A DNA stretch of 64,000 nucleotides from Scyliorhinus canicula (lineage: Eukaryota): contig NW_024055490.1 in NCBI RefSeq assembly GCF_902713615.1, forward strand, positions 405,262 through 469,261, read 5' to 3'. Positions 48,628-59,203 of the stretch are shown here, piece after piece; the first letter of the stretch is position 1, and every line of letters begins with the position of its first letter. The position numbers were made by a program, and so were the translations under genes. A model generated the notes under the pieces. That model was given only the letters and a program-made list of their open reading frames with translations, was not told the DNA's origin and ran no database searches.

Positions 48628-51600
48628 GTCAATAAATAGGAGTCTGATGTAGGAGTCCTTGTTTTCGAGATGCTCTAGGGATGAGTGTAGGGCCAGGGAA
48701 ATGGCGTCTGATGTGCACTGGTTACGACGGTATGCGAATTGAAGTGGGTCAAGGCATTCCGGGAGTATGGAGGTGATGCGCTTCATGATCAGCCTCTCGA
48801 AGCACTTCATTACAACTGACGTCAGGGCCACCGGGCGGTAGTCATTGACCAGGCATGCTGCCTGGTTCTTCTTTGGTACCGGTATGATGGTGGTCTTCTT
48901 GAAGCAGGTGGGGACCTCGGAGTGGAGTAGGGATAGGTTAAAGATGTCTGTGAATACCTCTGCCAGCTGGTATGCACAGGCTCTGAGTGCACGACCAGGG
49001 ATCCTGTCCCAGCCCATCGCCTTCCGTGGGTTCACTTTCAGGAAGGCCGATCTGACTTCGGAAACTTAGAACATAGAACATAGAACACTACAGCGCAGTA
49101 CGGGCCCTTCGGCCCTCGATGTTGCGCCGACCTGTGAAACCATCTGAAGCCTATCTGACCTACACTATTCCATTTTCATCCATATGTCTATCCAGTGACC
49201 ACTTAAATGCCCTTAAAGTTGGCGAGTCTACTACTATTGCAGGCAGGGCGTTCCACACCCCGACTACTCTCTGAGTAAAGAAACTGCCTCTGACATCTGT
49301 CCTATATCTCTCACCCCTCAATTTAAAGCTATGTCCCCTCGTGTTGGTCATCACCATCCGAGGAAAAAGACTCTCACTGTCCACCCTATCTAACCCTCTG
49401 ACTATCTTATATGTCTCTATTAAGTCACCTCTCAGCCTTCTCCTCTCTAACGAAAACAACCTCAATTCCCTGAGCCTTTCCTCGTAAGACCTTCCCTCCA
49501 TACCAGGCAACATCCTAGTAAATCTCCTCTGAACCCTTTCCAAAGCTTCCACATCCTTCCTATAATGTGGTGACCAGAACTGCACGCAGTACTCCAGGTG
49601 TGGCCGCACCAGAGTTATGTACAGCTGCAGCATGACCTTGTGGTTCCGAAACTCAATCCCCCTGCTTATAAAGGCTAGCACACCATATGCCTTCTTAACA
49701 GCCCTATTAACCTGGGTGGCAACTTTCAGGGATTTATGTACCTGGATGCCGAGATCTCTCTGTTCATCTACACTACCAAGAATCTTGCCATTAGCCCAGT
49801 ACTCTGCATTCCTGTTACTCCTTCCAAAGTGAACCACCTCACACTTTTCCGCATTAAACTCCATCTGCCACCTCTCAGCCCAGCTCTGCAGCTTATCTAT
49901 GTCCCTCTGTATCCTATAACATCCTTCAGCACTATCCACAACTCCACCGACCTTCGTGTCATCTGCAAATTTACTAACCCATCCTTCTACACCCTCTTCC
50001 AGGTCATTTATAAAAATGACAAACAGCAGTGGCCCCAAAACAGATCCTTGCGGTACACCACTTGTAACTGAACTCCAGGATGAACATTTGCCATCAACCA
50101 CCACCCTCTGTCTTCTTTCAGCTAGCCAATTACTGATCCAAACCGCTAAATCACCTTCAATTCCATACTTCCTTATTTTCTGCAATAGCCTACCGTGGGG
50201 AACCTTATCAAACGCCTTACTGAAATCCATATACACCACATCAACAGCTTTACCCTGATCCACCTGTTTGGTCACCTTCTCAAAAAACTCAATAAGGTTT
50301 GTGAGACATGACCTACCCTTCACAAAACCGTGTTGAGTATCGCTAATCAACTTGTTCTTTTCAAGATGATTATAAACCCTATCTCTTATAACCTTTTCCA
50401 ACATTTTACCCACAACCGAAGTAAGGCTCACAGGTCTATAATTACCAGGGTTGTCTCTACTCCCCTTCTTGAACAAGGGGACAACATTTGCTATCCTCCA
50501 GTCTTCCGGCACTATTCCTGTCGACAAAGACGACATAAAGATCAAGGACAAAGGCTCTGCAATCTCCTCCCTGGCTTCCCAGAGAATCCTAGGATAAATC
50601 CCATCTGGCCCAGGGGACTTATCTATTTTGACATTTTCTAAAATTGCTAACACCTCCTCCTTTTGAACCTCAATTCCATCTAGCCTGGTCGACTGAACCT
50701 GAGTGTTCTCCTCGACAACATTGTCTTTCTCCAGTGTAAACACTGACGAAAAATATCCATTTAATGCTTCCCCTATCTCCTCTGATTCCACACACAACTT
50801 TCCACTACTATCCTTGATTGGCCCTAATCTTACTCGAGTCATTCTTTTGTTCCTGATATACCTATAGAAAGCCTTAGGGTTTTCCTTGATCCTATCCGCC
50901 AACGACTTTTCGTGTCCTCTCCTCGCTCTTCTTAACTCTCCCTTTAGGTCCTTCCTGGCTAACTTGTAACTCTCAAGTGCCCTAACTGAGCCTTCATGTC
51001 TCACCCTAACATAAGCCTTCTTCTTCCTCTTGACAAGTGCTTCAACTTCCTTAGTAAACCACGGCTCCCTTGCTCGACAACTTCCTCCCTGCCTGACAGG
51101 TACATACTTATCAAGGACACGCAGTAGCTGTTCCTTGAAAAAGCTCCACATTTCGATTGTACCCATCCCCTGCAGTTTCCTTCCCCATCCTATACCTCCT
51201 AAATCTTGCCGAATAGCATCATAATTGCCTTTCCCCCAGCTATAATTCTTGCCTTGCGGTATATACCTATCCCTGCCCATTGCTAAAGTAAACATAACCG
51301 AGTTGTGATCACTATCACCAAAGTGCTCACCTACATCTAAATCGAACACCTGGCCGGGTTCATTACCCAGTACCAAATCCAATGTGGCCTCGCCCCTTGT
51401 TGGCCTGTCTACATACTGTGTCAGAAAACCTTCCTGCACACACTGCACAAAAACTGACCCATCTATAGTACTCGAACTATAGTATTTCCAGTCAATATTT
51501 GGAAAGTTAAAGTCCCCCATAACAACTACCCTGTTACTTGATCGTGGATATGGGTGAATTATGGGCTGCTGGGGCACTCGACCGCGGATTGCTGGTTACC

Positions 51601-51740
51601 TGCTCAAACCGGGCATAGAATGCATTTAGTTCATCGGGGAGGGGTGCGCTGCTGCCAGAGATACTGCTCGGCTTCGCTTTGTAGCCCGTTATGTTGTTTG
51701 GTCCTTGCCACAACCGCCGAGAGTCTGTCTGTGACTCTAG
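48628..51740 (-). mobile_element. Rex1/Babar LINE internal fragment (48628-49067 and 51540-51740), split by a CR1
   Basis: [56 protein letters not shown] and [13 protein letters not shown]. Confidence 0.88.
49068..51539 (-). mobile_element. Young 5'-truncated HER1-like CR1 LINE with an uninterrupted ORF2 (APE C-terminus, RT, C-terminal domain)
   Basis: About 790 stop-free CR1 codons in ORF 49160..51577 (GDFN, DHN, QGSVLGP, FADD); the 3' UTR and (tgttcta)n tail are shared with the HE1 SINEs; actt duplicated at both ends. Confidence 0.96.
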
Positions 51741-52190
51741 CATCTGCGGAGAAAGCGGAAAATACTGGAACAACTCAGGGAGTCAGGCGGCATTTGTCCA
51801 AAGGACAATAAAGCTCGGCTTTCACCATCACCTTCCATTAAAACTGGGACAGGTTAGAAATATAGGGCGTCTTAACCAAGTGAAATCCCGGAGGGAGCAA
51901 ACAGAACAACAGGAAAGGGCTCTAATAGGGGGCAAGTCAAGAGAGATTAAATGAGAAGAGGCCTTGGGTTCCTGCCCACAATGGGAGGTTCGCATCAAAT
52001 CAGAGAATGATTACACCACAGATTGAGTCCATTCCGCCCGCCGTGTCTGTGCCAGCTCTCTGTCAGATCAATGGAAGCAACAAATGTCTGTTAAGCTTCT
52101 TTGGAACAATTCAAAGTCCGAGGTCCGGGAGGTCAGCGTTGAGATCCAGTTCTCCAGTCAGTTCAATTCTCCACTTGGGCTCTGTGGATT
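51741..52190 (-). repeat. Inverted paralog of the tRNA-Pro 5' flank (~58460-59150)
   Basis: Blocks such as ctttcaccatcaccttccattaaaactgggacaggttagaaa are reverse complements of 59012-59055. Confidence 0.8.
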
Positions 52191-52194
52191 AGAA

Positions 52195-52259
52195 GGGCGT
52201 TGGTCTAGGGGTATGATTCTCGCTTTGGGTGTCTCGCTGTCGGAATTTGCGAGAGGTCC
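52195..52259 (+). pseudogene. tRNA-Pro(TGG) fragment with an 18-nt intron, T-arm missing
   Basis: tggtctaggggtatgattctcgcttTGGg-[tgtctcgctgtcggaatt]-tgcgagaggtcc, then unrelated sequence. Confidence 0.85.
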
Positions 52260-53112
52260 AGCAGGCCGTATCCTTCAATGGTGCGGCGATCCCAATACCG
52301 CAGCCGGCTCACGGTACTTGTTATCACAACATTATCACATCTTGCTTTATTGCAGCAGAGAAATGCATTCCTCTGATTGCCAGCGACACGCCAGTGAAAG
52401 ACAAGGCCAGTAAAATTGGGCAGCCAATACCTGGACATAAATATGTACGCAGAAATCCTGGAAGTTTGTCACTCGCGGAATTATTATAGCGCCAGGAATG
52501 TTATAGCACCCAGAATCACAGATGCACAGAACCAAGCAATTCAGATGAGGCCCTCCGGTCAATTGAGTCTGCACCAACATGTGAAAAATACAGGACTAAC
52601 TACAGGACCTCATTTGTCAGCACGTGTTCCATAGCCTTGAATGCGAAGACGTGCCATGTGTTCAGCCAGGTACTATTTAATGGATGTGAAGCACACTGCC
52701 TCTACCACCCTCCCACCTAGTTTACTCCAAACAGTCACCATCCTCTGGCTAAATAAGATTTTCCTCAAATCTCCATAACCTCCTGCCCCTCACCTTGAAC
52801 TTGTGTCCCCCCGTAACTGACCCTTCAACTAAGGGGAACAACTGCTCCCTATCTACCCTGCCATGCCCCTCATAATCCTGTACACCCAAAACCATGCAAC
52901 GTCTCTTCATAACATAAATGGGCGCAGTATGTCCCTGATCTGCGTGGGAATCGAACAGAAGACATGTCGTGTCAACAGAAATTTCAGGTATTTTCGATCG
53001 AAAAATTGATTTCTATTAAAGTCTAAACCTGGCACCATGTGCTTCCCATGTCCCAACTGATAGTAATTTTCATGTTGCTCGGCGGTTATTATACATTAAG
53101 CGTACATTGTCG

Positions 53113-53422
53113 TAATAATAATCTTCACTAGTGTCATAAGTAGGCTTACATTAACACTGCAATGAAGTTACTTTGAAAATTCCCGAGTCACCACACTCCG
53201 ACCCCTGTTCAGGTACACAGAGGGAGAATTCAGAATGTCCAATTCACCTAACAAAGCGTCTTTTCGGGACTTGTGGGAGGAAACCGGAGCACCCGGAGGA
53301 AACCCACGTGGACACGGGGAGGACGTGCAGACTCCGCAAAGATAGAGAACCAAGCCGGGAATCGAACGCGGGTTCTAGGAGCATGAGGCAGCAGAGCAAC
53401 CCACTGAGCCACAGCGTCGCCC
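53113..53422 (-). mobile_element. V-SINE with alternative tail
   Basis: Reverse complement of the 20252-20510 family. Confidence 0.8.
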
Positions 53423-53877
53423 ATTAAGTACCTTGTACATTTTGTACCGCAGCACGTATTGATCCATTCTGCTTTGCGTTAAAAGAACAGGTAACGAGGA
53501 GTCTTTGTCCTTGGACTTTCTGCAAGAGCACGCCATGATTTTCGTGCATCTCCTCAGTTGAGTGCCACCCTCTGCCGGTAGGTAGATATTCTGGTTTTAA
53601 AGTTACAATACAATTTGCGGTATGATGGACCATAATAAGACCATAAGACTATTAGACATAGGAGCAGAATTAGGTCACTTGGCCCATCGAGTCCGCTCTG
53701 CCATTCAATCATGGCTGATATTTTCAACCATAGCTCTCAAGATTTCCCAAAAGTATTCTTCTCTTGATCTACACAAGGACAGAAACATGTCCGGTAAATA
53801 GACATGATTGCTTGCCTGAGTCTGGGATCAATTCTTTCTCGGAAAGGAACCTCAGTGATGCTGTAAACACTCACTCA

Positions 53878-53916
53878 GGGTTATGTACGGGGCTTTAGGT
53901 TTTCTCGAACGCTGTT
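53878..53916 (-). other. TCR V RSS, 23-nt spacer, with a defective heptamer
   Basis: Minus strand AACAGCG-23-ACATAACCC; the first C of the essential CAC is mutated. Confidence 0.8.
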
Positions 53917-54208
53917 TCTCAGTGCGCAGTAATAGACCTCCCCATCCTCCACATCGAATGCGCTTATTCTGAGGTAACCGTTCTGTTTAGATTTGTCAGC
54001 AAACGCCATATATCGTCCTGAACCCACATCTTTCTTCATTGCTGAGTTGTTCGTGATAATCCATCTCGGTGGCTGTGCCGGTTTCTCCTGATATCATTGC
54101 ATTTTGTACATGTTGGGGCCTTTATATTGGCAATTTAACTTCACTGAAGCCCATTCTGAGACTGTTATTTTCACTGGTGACTGCGCTACTGGATTGAACA
54201 TTGCCGGC
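53917..54208 (-). pseudogene. TCR alpha/delta-type V exon pseudogene (NPVAQSPVKITVSEWASVKLNCQYKGPNMYKMQ*YQEKPAQPPRWII...EDGEVYYCALR)
   Basis: Ig V fold with YYCALR; Trp41 codon is TGA; acceptor ttcgcAG; a 1-nt frameshift relative to the leader. Confidence 0.9.
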
Positions 54209-54249
54209 CTGCGAAAGTGAAGGACTGAAATGAACAGATTGTTGTTCCT

Positions 54250-54437
54250 TTATAAAGTTAGAGTTTGTTCAATTAAGAGGTGCTTTTTAGCGTGGCCACT
54301 CCACTGAGCCTGTACATCTAGGTTGTGGGAGTGAGAATGTTCAAACACCACACGGACAGTGATCTGGGACCGGGATCGAACCCGTGTCCTCAGTGCAATG
54401 AGGCAGCCGTGCCAACCATTGCGCCACCGTCCCGCCC
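54250..54437 (-). mobile_element. SINE fragment in the TCR V leader intron
   Basis: tRNA-like head and ggatcgaacc B-box, reverse-complemented. Confidence 0.7.
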
Positions 54438-54594
54438 TGAGTTTAAACAGAGTTGATACAAATTTGCTTGTATCTGCGGCATTTTCTGGGACCTCTGATG
54501 CAGGCACTTCTTAGACATTCCCGATCGTTAATTATACTCTAGCCTATGTGTATTAATATGCTAATCTGGTTTAATTAACACTATAACTATTTAC

Positions 54595-54628
54595 TGTGCC
54601 AAAGCGCCGCCAGTATTATCACAACCAT
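54595..54628 (-). pseudogene. Putative leader exon of the TCR V (MVVIILAALWH)
   Basis: ATG at 54628, hydrophobic codons, phase-1 GTAAAT donor. Confidence 0.7.
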
Positions 54629-54724
54629 GTCTGACTGACTCTCTCACAGTGAACTGGACTGGACTGAGACAGGGATTGTGTAGGAGAGAGGGAACTTAGT
54701 GCAGTGCAGGGAGAGGGTCTATTG

Positions 54725-54734
54725 TGACATCACT
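54725..54734 (-). promoter_or_regulatory. TCR V promoter CRE-like decamer AGTGATGTCA
   Basis: Exact match to the decamer consensus AGTGAYRTCA described for TCR V promoters, ~100 nt upstream of the leader ATG. Confidence 0.7.
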
Positions 54735-55392
54735 CGCCTCCCATCCTATCGGCTTGGCCGACACCATCAGGTGAGTTTCTGACGCCCGTGCTTGAATTTG
54801 GCGCCCTCTGCTGCCGGATTCGGTTTACTCCGTGTTAGAATTCGGCTGTTGAGTGGATTCAGTGTTGACTGCAGTGCATATCAGGGCGAGACACCTACAC
54901 AGAAATCTAAATTTCAGCTGTTTATACACTATCTTTGTCACTATAGGTGTTTCTAATCAAAAAACTATGCTTAATCTGTGCAAATCATCCCTGGAGTTCT
55001 CGTTTCACACCTTAGGACGAAGTCGAAAGAATGCCAAGACTTTGGTGGACAGGCGGAGGTTAGAACTCAGAATAATAGCAGGGCTCAACAGACTAGTTTT
55101 CTTTATTTTGGTTCTGACGAAGAAGGTACAAAAGGGGAACTGCTCTGAACATCGCTTTTTTCAGAGACCAAATTGTCTGGAATTGTTGAAGAAGGCTCAA
55201 GCGGATGAATAACCAACTCCTGCTCAACATTCGTCTGTTGGCAGGTCCGTGAGGAGGCGTCACAATCTCCTGAGTTATCGAGGGAGACACAGCATCGTTG
55301 AGCTATTCCCCAGCTCAGCGCCATGAAGGATATTACAGCGATTGAGGCAACTCCATGCTGCAGCCGGTGCACGGTACGTGTTATCAGAACAA

Positions 55393-55562
55393 GAAAATCG
55401 CTTATTGTCACGAGTGGGCTTCAAATGAATTTACTCTGAAAATCCCCGAGTCGTCACATTCCGGCGCCTGTTCGGGGAGGCTGTTACGGGAATCGAACCG
55501 AGCTGCTGGTTTGCTTGGTCTGCTTTCAAAGCCAGCGATTTAGCCCTGTCCTAAACAGCCCC
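55393..55562 (-). mobile_element. Short tRNA-derived SINE
   Basis: Reverse complement of the 22558-22735 family. Confidence 0.8.
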
Positions 55563-55596
55563 TAAAAACATATCATCCAGGAGTTGAACAACAATT

Positions 55597-55625
55597 CGTC
55601 GCCGGGTGGGATCGAACCACCAACT

Positions 55626-55667
<42 letters not shown>

Positions 55668-55670
55668 AAC
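55597..55670 (-). tRNA. TRN-GTT: tRNA-Asn(GTT), acceptor stem imperfect
   Basis: 74 nt GTTTCCGTGGCGCAATCGGTTAGCGCGTTCGGCT-GTT-AACCGAAAAGTTGGTGGTTCGATCCCACCCGGCGACG; T4:C69 mismatch. Confidence 0.78.
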
Positions 55671-56308
55671 GACAGCAAGATCGCAACTCTGTGCATTTCA
55701 ACAGTGACGGGCAATCCTCTGATTGCCAGGGACCGAATGAGAATGCTGGCAATATTGGTCCCCTGAGGCAGTGCGGAAAATATCTGGAAGGACCGTACAC
55801 ATGGTCCCGCGGGCATGAACATTTGTGAGACGTGGAATCACCACACGCCCGTGGATTTTACAGAACTCACTTGGACAGCACCGCACTTTCTTTGAAACAC
55901 GTCCCTTATCTGGGAACCTCCATAACAGAAAGCAGGAAGTGTCAACATAGATTTGATGTATTTTCGATCAGAAAGTCGATGTTCCGCTGAAGACTACTGG
56001 GGGCTCAGACTCGTTGGCATAAGGTCGACCTCAGTTAACGGTCCTGGAAGATTTTATTATCCCCACATCTGAGAACTTTCATTACTGCTGCTCGGAAGTG
56101 GATATTCCAAGCTTAAATTTACTGTGCATCGCGACATGCTGATTAATCTCACGAATCCGAAACGGCTCCTCTCTTGACCTATACAAGGACAGAGACGGCA
56201 ATGCAATTGTGGAGAAATAGACCTGAGTATTTTTCTGAATCCAGATCAAACCATCCTCCGGTTCAAGGGCAGGAACGCAAATTTGCTGGAATTGAAAATA
56301 CTCTCTGA

Positions 56309-56347
56309 GGCTTTCGTACGTGGTTGTAGCTGCTTTGTGACACTGTG
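56309..56347 (-). other. TCR V RSS, 23-nt spacer, intact
   Basis: Minus strand CACAGTG-23-ACGAAAGCC. Confidence 0.88.
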
Positions 56348-56589
56348 CTCATTGCACAGTAATAGACCGCTCCGTCCTCCACACTGAGCGCGTTTATATT
56401 GAGGTAACCATTCTTTTTAGACTTGTTGGCAGCCGCCAGATATCGTCCTGAGATCTCCTCTTTCTTCATCGTCAATATGTTAATGATGACCAATCTCGGC
56501 GGCTGTGCCGGCTTTTGCTGATACCATAGCATGTGGTACATGGTCCAGTCTGTACATTCGCAATCTAACTGCACTGAACCCCCTTCTGA
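56348..56589 (-). pseudogene. 5'-truncated TCR alpha/delta-type V (SEGGSVQLDCECTDWTMYHMLWYQQKPAQPPRLVI...VYYCAMS)
   Basis: Open from mid-FR1 to the RSS; the leader, acceptor and N-terminus are replaced by the tRNA-Pro 5' flank. Confidence 0.9.
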
Positions 56590-56749
56590 TTTCTAACCTG
56601 TCCCGGTTTTTATGAAAGGTGATGGTGAAAGACGAACTTTGTTGTCCTGTCGACTGACTACCTGAGATGTTGCAGTACTTTTGGCGTTCTCCACAGATGT
56701 TAGATTGATTTTCGATGGCAATGACAGTATGCTTTGGCTCTTTTCGCGG

Positions 56750-56839
56750 GACGCGTTGGTCTAGGGGTATGATTCTCGCTCTGGGTGTATCGCTGTCGGA
56801 ATTTGCGAGAGGTCCCGGGTTCAAATCCCGGACGCGCCC
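56750..56839 (+). tRNA. TRP-TGG: Intron-containing tRNA-Pro(TGG), 72 + 18 nt; A2:C71 mismatch and U33C, possibly a pseudogene
   Basis: Complete cloverleaf once 56786-56803 is removed after G37; intact B box ggttcaaatcc; T-run downstream. Confidence 0.8.
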
Positions 56840-57029
56840 TTCGATGAGGTTTTCCCGTTGGTCAAGCCGCATGTTTCCTTCACTTCTTTGCGGCGTCGAC
56901 GGCGGGATTCTTTCACATTGGGTTTGCTTTGAGAAGCTGAGCTCAAACTGCATGAAACCAATACGTTCCCGAGAAGTTTGTCTATGTGTGGGCATTCACA
57001 TTTCTATTGACTAATTCTGGTGGACTCAG

Positions 57030-57560
57030 ACAGCTCTTTGTCCCTTTCATTTTATCAGTTCAACAACTTCAGACTGTGAACTCTCACTTCCCCCTTCACC
57101 ACATGTTTTTTCCATCAACTTATCATCCCTTCTTTTGGTATGTTTTATCCTCAGCATCGCCCACCTCCCACCAGCCCATACCATCCTACTTCAGCAAACT
57201 GATCCCTGTTTGTAATTGTTCTCTGACACACTGCTTACCTTTGTTCTGCCATTAACACATTCTGACCGCTCGATGCGCCATCAGCACCTTTCATAGCCTT
57301 GATTAGCCTCATTTACATTCCCTTTTTCTTTCTGCCCGAGATATTTTCGTCATTTCCCACATATTGCTAGCCCTCTATCGAGACCCAATACAGCACTCCA
57401 CCACCCCACCCCCACAATCGTCTGAATCTCCAGTTCCAGTTCTCCAGCTTTGACAAAGAGTCCACTTGACTGGAAACGACAGCTGCCATTTCGCTCCCCA
57501 GAGGCTGTCAGACCTGCTGAGATTATCCAGTATTTTCTGTTTTTGTTTCCGTTTGAAGCA
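57030..57560 (+). mobile_element. Penelope-like remnant in an inverted, more diverged copy of the Val unit
   Basis: Reverse complement of 48125-48627. Confidence 0.65.
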
Positions 57561-57876
57561 TCCGCAGTAAGTTGCATTTGTCACACATTTAGACATGTTT
57601 GAGATGGTGATTAAATATGTTCACTTGTAAATCACTGAAACTCTGTTGTGGATGAACTAGCTGCTAATATCCGAGGTGTCCCAAGATATGAAAATTCTTC
57701 ACCTCTCATTGCCTGCCGAAAATTCAGTGCTTGGGCCTTAATGATCAATTCAGTTTGGTGGCTCATGTCAGCCGAAATCTCATAGTCCTGGAACACACGA
57801 GATTCCGGCAACATTCAGGAACAGAATTATTTTGTGCCCAATAATTGTGCAAACTTTTCTCACACGAAATGTTCGA

Positions 57877-57949
57877 TGTTTCTGCTCGGTTTCAAACCGG
57901 GGACCTTTCGCGTGTGAGGCGAATGTGATAACCACTACACTACAGAAAC
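57877..57949 (-). tRNA. TRV-CAC: tRNA-Val(CAC), T-loop C56T and G63A, probably a pseudogene
   Basis: 73 nt on the same Val backbone; anticodon loop CT-CAC-AC. Confidence 0.72.
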
Positions 57950-59181
57950 CGCTGGCAATCAGTGGACGTGCGGAATGTACAACCTCACTGAGTTGCTGCA
58001 GATTCTGATGGTCTGTTTGAGAGGCCAGGTCCCTTGTTGCAAGCGACAGCTGTTTCTGAAATTAACAGATGTCTCAACATATAAAGCCGTGAGATGTAGA
58101 AATTATATCGAAATTAACATAAGTTATATTTTGCTTAATGTCGGTCTTACGTTTGTGCTCTTTGGTTTCGAGGTCTGGTTCTCGTTTAGGGATTTTCAAT
58201 CAATGCCTATGGGAGTGGTCGTGGGTTTAAATCCAGGACAAGCCCTTTACTCCAGGTCAGAGATTATGAATTATATGCGATGCTGACGGCGGCGTTGATT
58301 TACTTTGGCCCACTCTGAAAATGATTTCTCAGGACTCGGGATGTTTACGTCGTTTCTCTCCCCACAGATGATGCTCGAGAGAGAGAGACGGTGTCTGAGC
58401 TGGAGTGCGTTTGGATAGAATTGATGCTCCAGATCTGCGTTAACCACAGGGACGTGACCCATTTAATCCACAGAGCCAAAGTGGAGAATTGAACTGACTG
58501 GAGGGCTGGATCTTTACGCTGACCTCCCGGACCTCGGCGTCGTGAAATGTTCCAAAGAAGCTCAACAGCCACTCGAGGAACAGCAGCGCATCTTTCCACT
58601 GGGCTCAATACAGCTTTCACACTCAGTGTGTGTTCAGCAGTTTCACACTGTAAATGCTGCACCCATTTTGTGTGTCCTTCCATCGCAGATTTGCGTTTCA
58701 AACTTGTTTCCACTTGTTCTTTGTGTCCGGGCGGTAGTTGTTGATCAATCTGACATCGATAACTCCTCCAGACATATGTTTTGTTTCATTGTTTCTTCCA
58801 TTGCGCTAACAGAGAGCTGGCACAGACACGGCGGCCGGAATGGCCTCATACTGTGGTGTCATTATTCTCTGATTTGATGCTAACCTAACTCTGTGGCCAG
58901 GGTCCCAAGGCCTCTTCTCATTTAATCTATCCTGACTTTCCCCCTATTAGAGCCCTTTCCTGTTGTTCTGTTTCCTCCCTCCGGTAATTCACTTGGTTAA
59001 GACGGACCACATTTCTAACCTGTCCCGGTTTTAATGAAAGGTGATGGTGAAAGACGAACTTTGTTGTCCTGTCGACAAATGCCGCCTGACTACCTGAGAT
59101 GTTACAGTACTTTGGGCGTTCTCCGCAGATGTTAGATTGATTTTCGATGTCAATGGCAGTATGCTTTGGCTCTTTTCGCGG

Positions 59182-59203
59182 GGCTCGACTCCTGGCTGGC
59201 TCG
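59182..59203 (+). pseudogene. Pro/Arg fusion stub: tRNA-Pro first 6 nt (GGCTCG) joined to the tRNA-Arg last 16 nt
   Basis: The upstream flank equals the Pro flank at 56600-56749 and the downstream flank equals the Arg flank; TCG is shared at the junction. Confidence 0.8.

Noticed and set aside
56555-56570. Extra cysteine (C-E-C) suggesting a NAR-TCR supporting Vdelta
   Set aside because: It is a single TAT-to-TGT change at the framework Tyr two residues after Cys23, not in CDR1. The paralogous V has Tyr there and its own leader, and no NAR-type V-D-J is present upstream.
58340-58500. Acceptor-like tctctccccacag followed by a short open frame
   Set aside because: The frame ends quickly, has no recognisable domain and lies in a duplicated tRNA flank.
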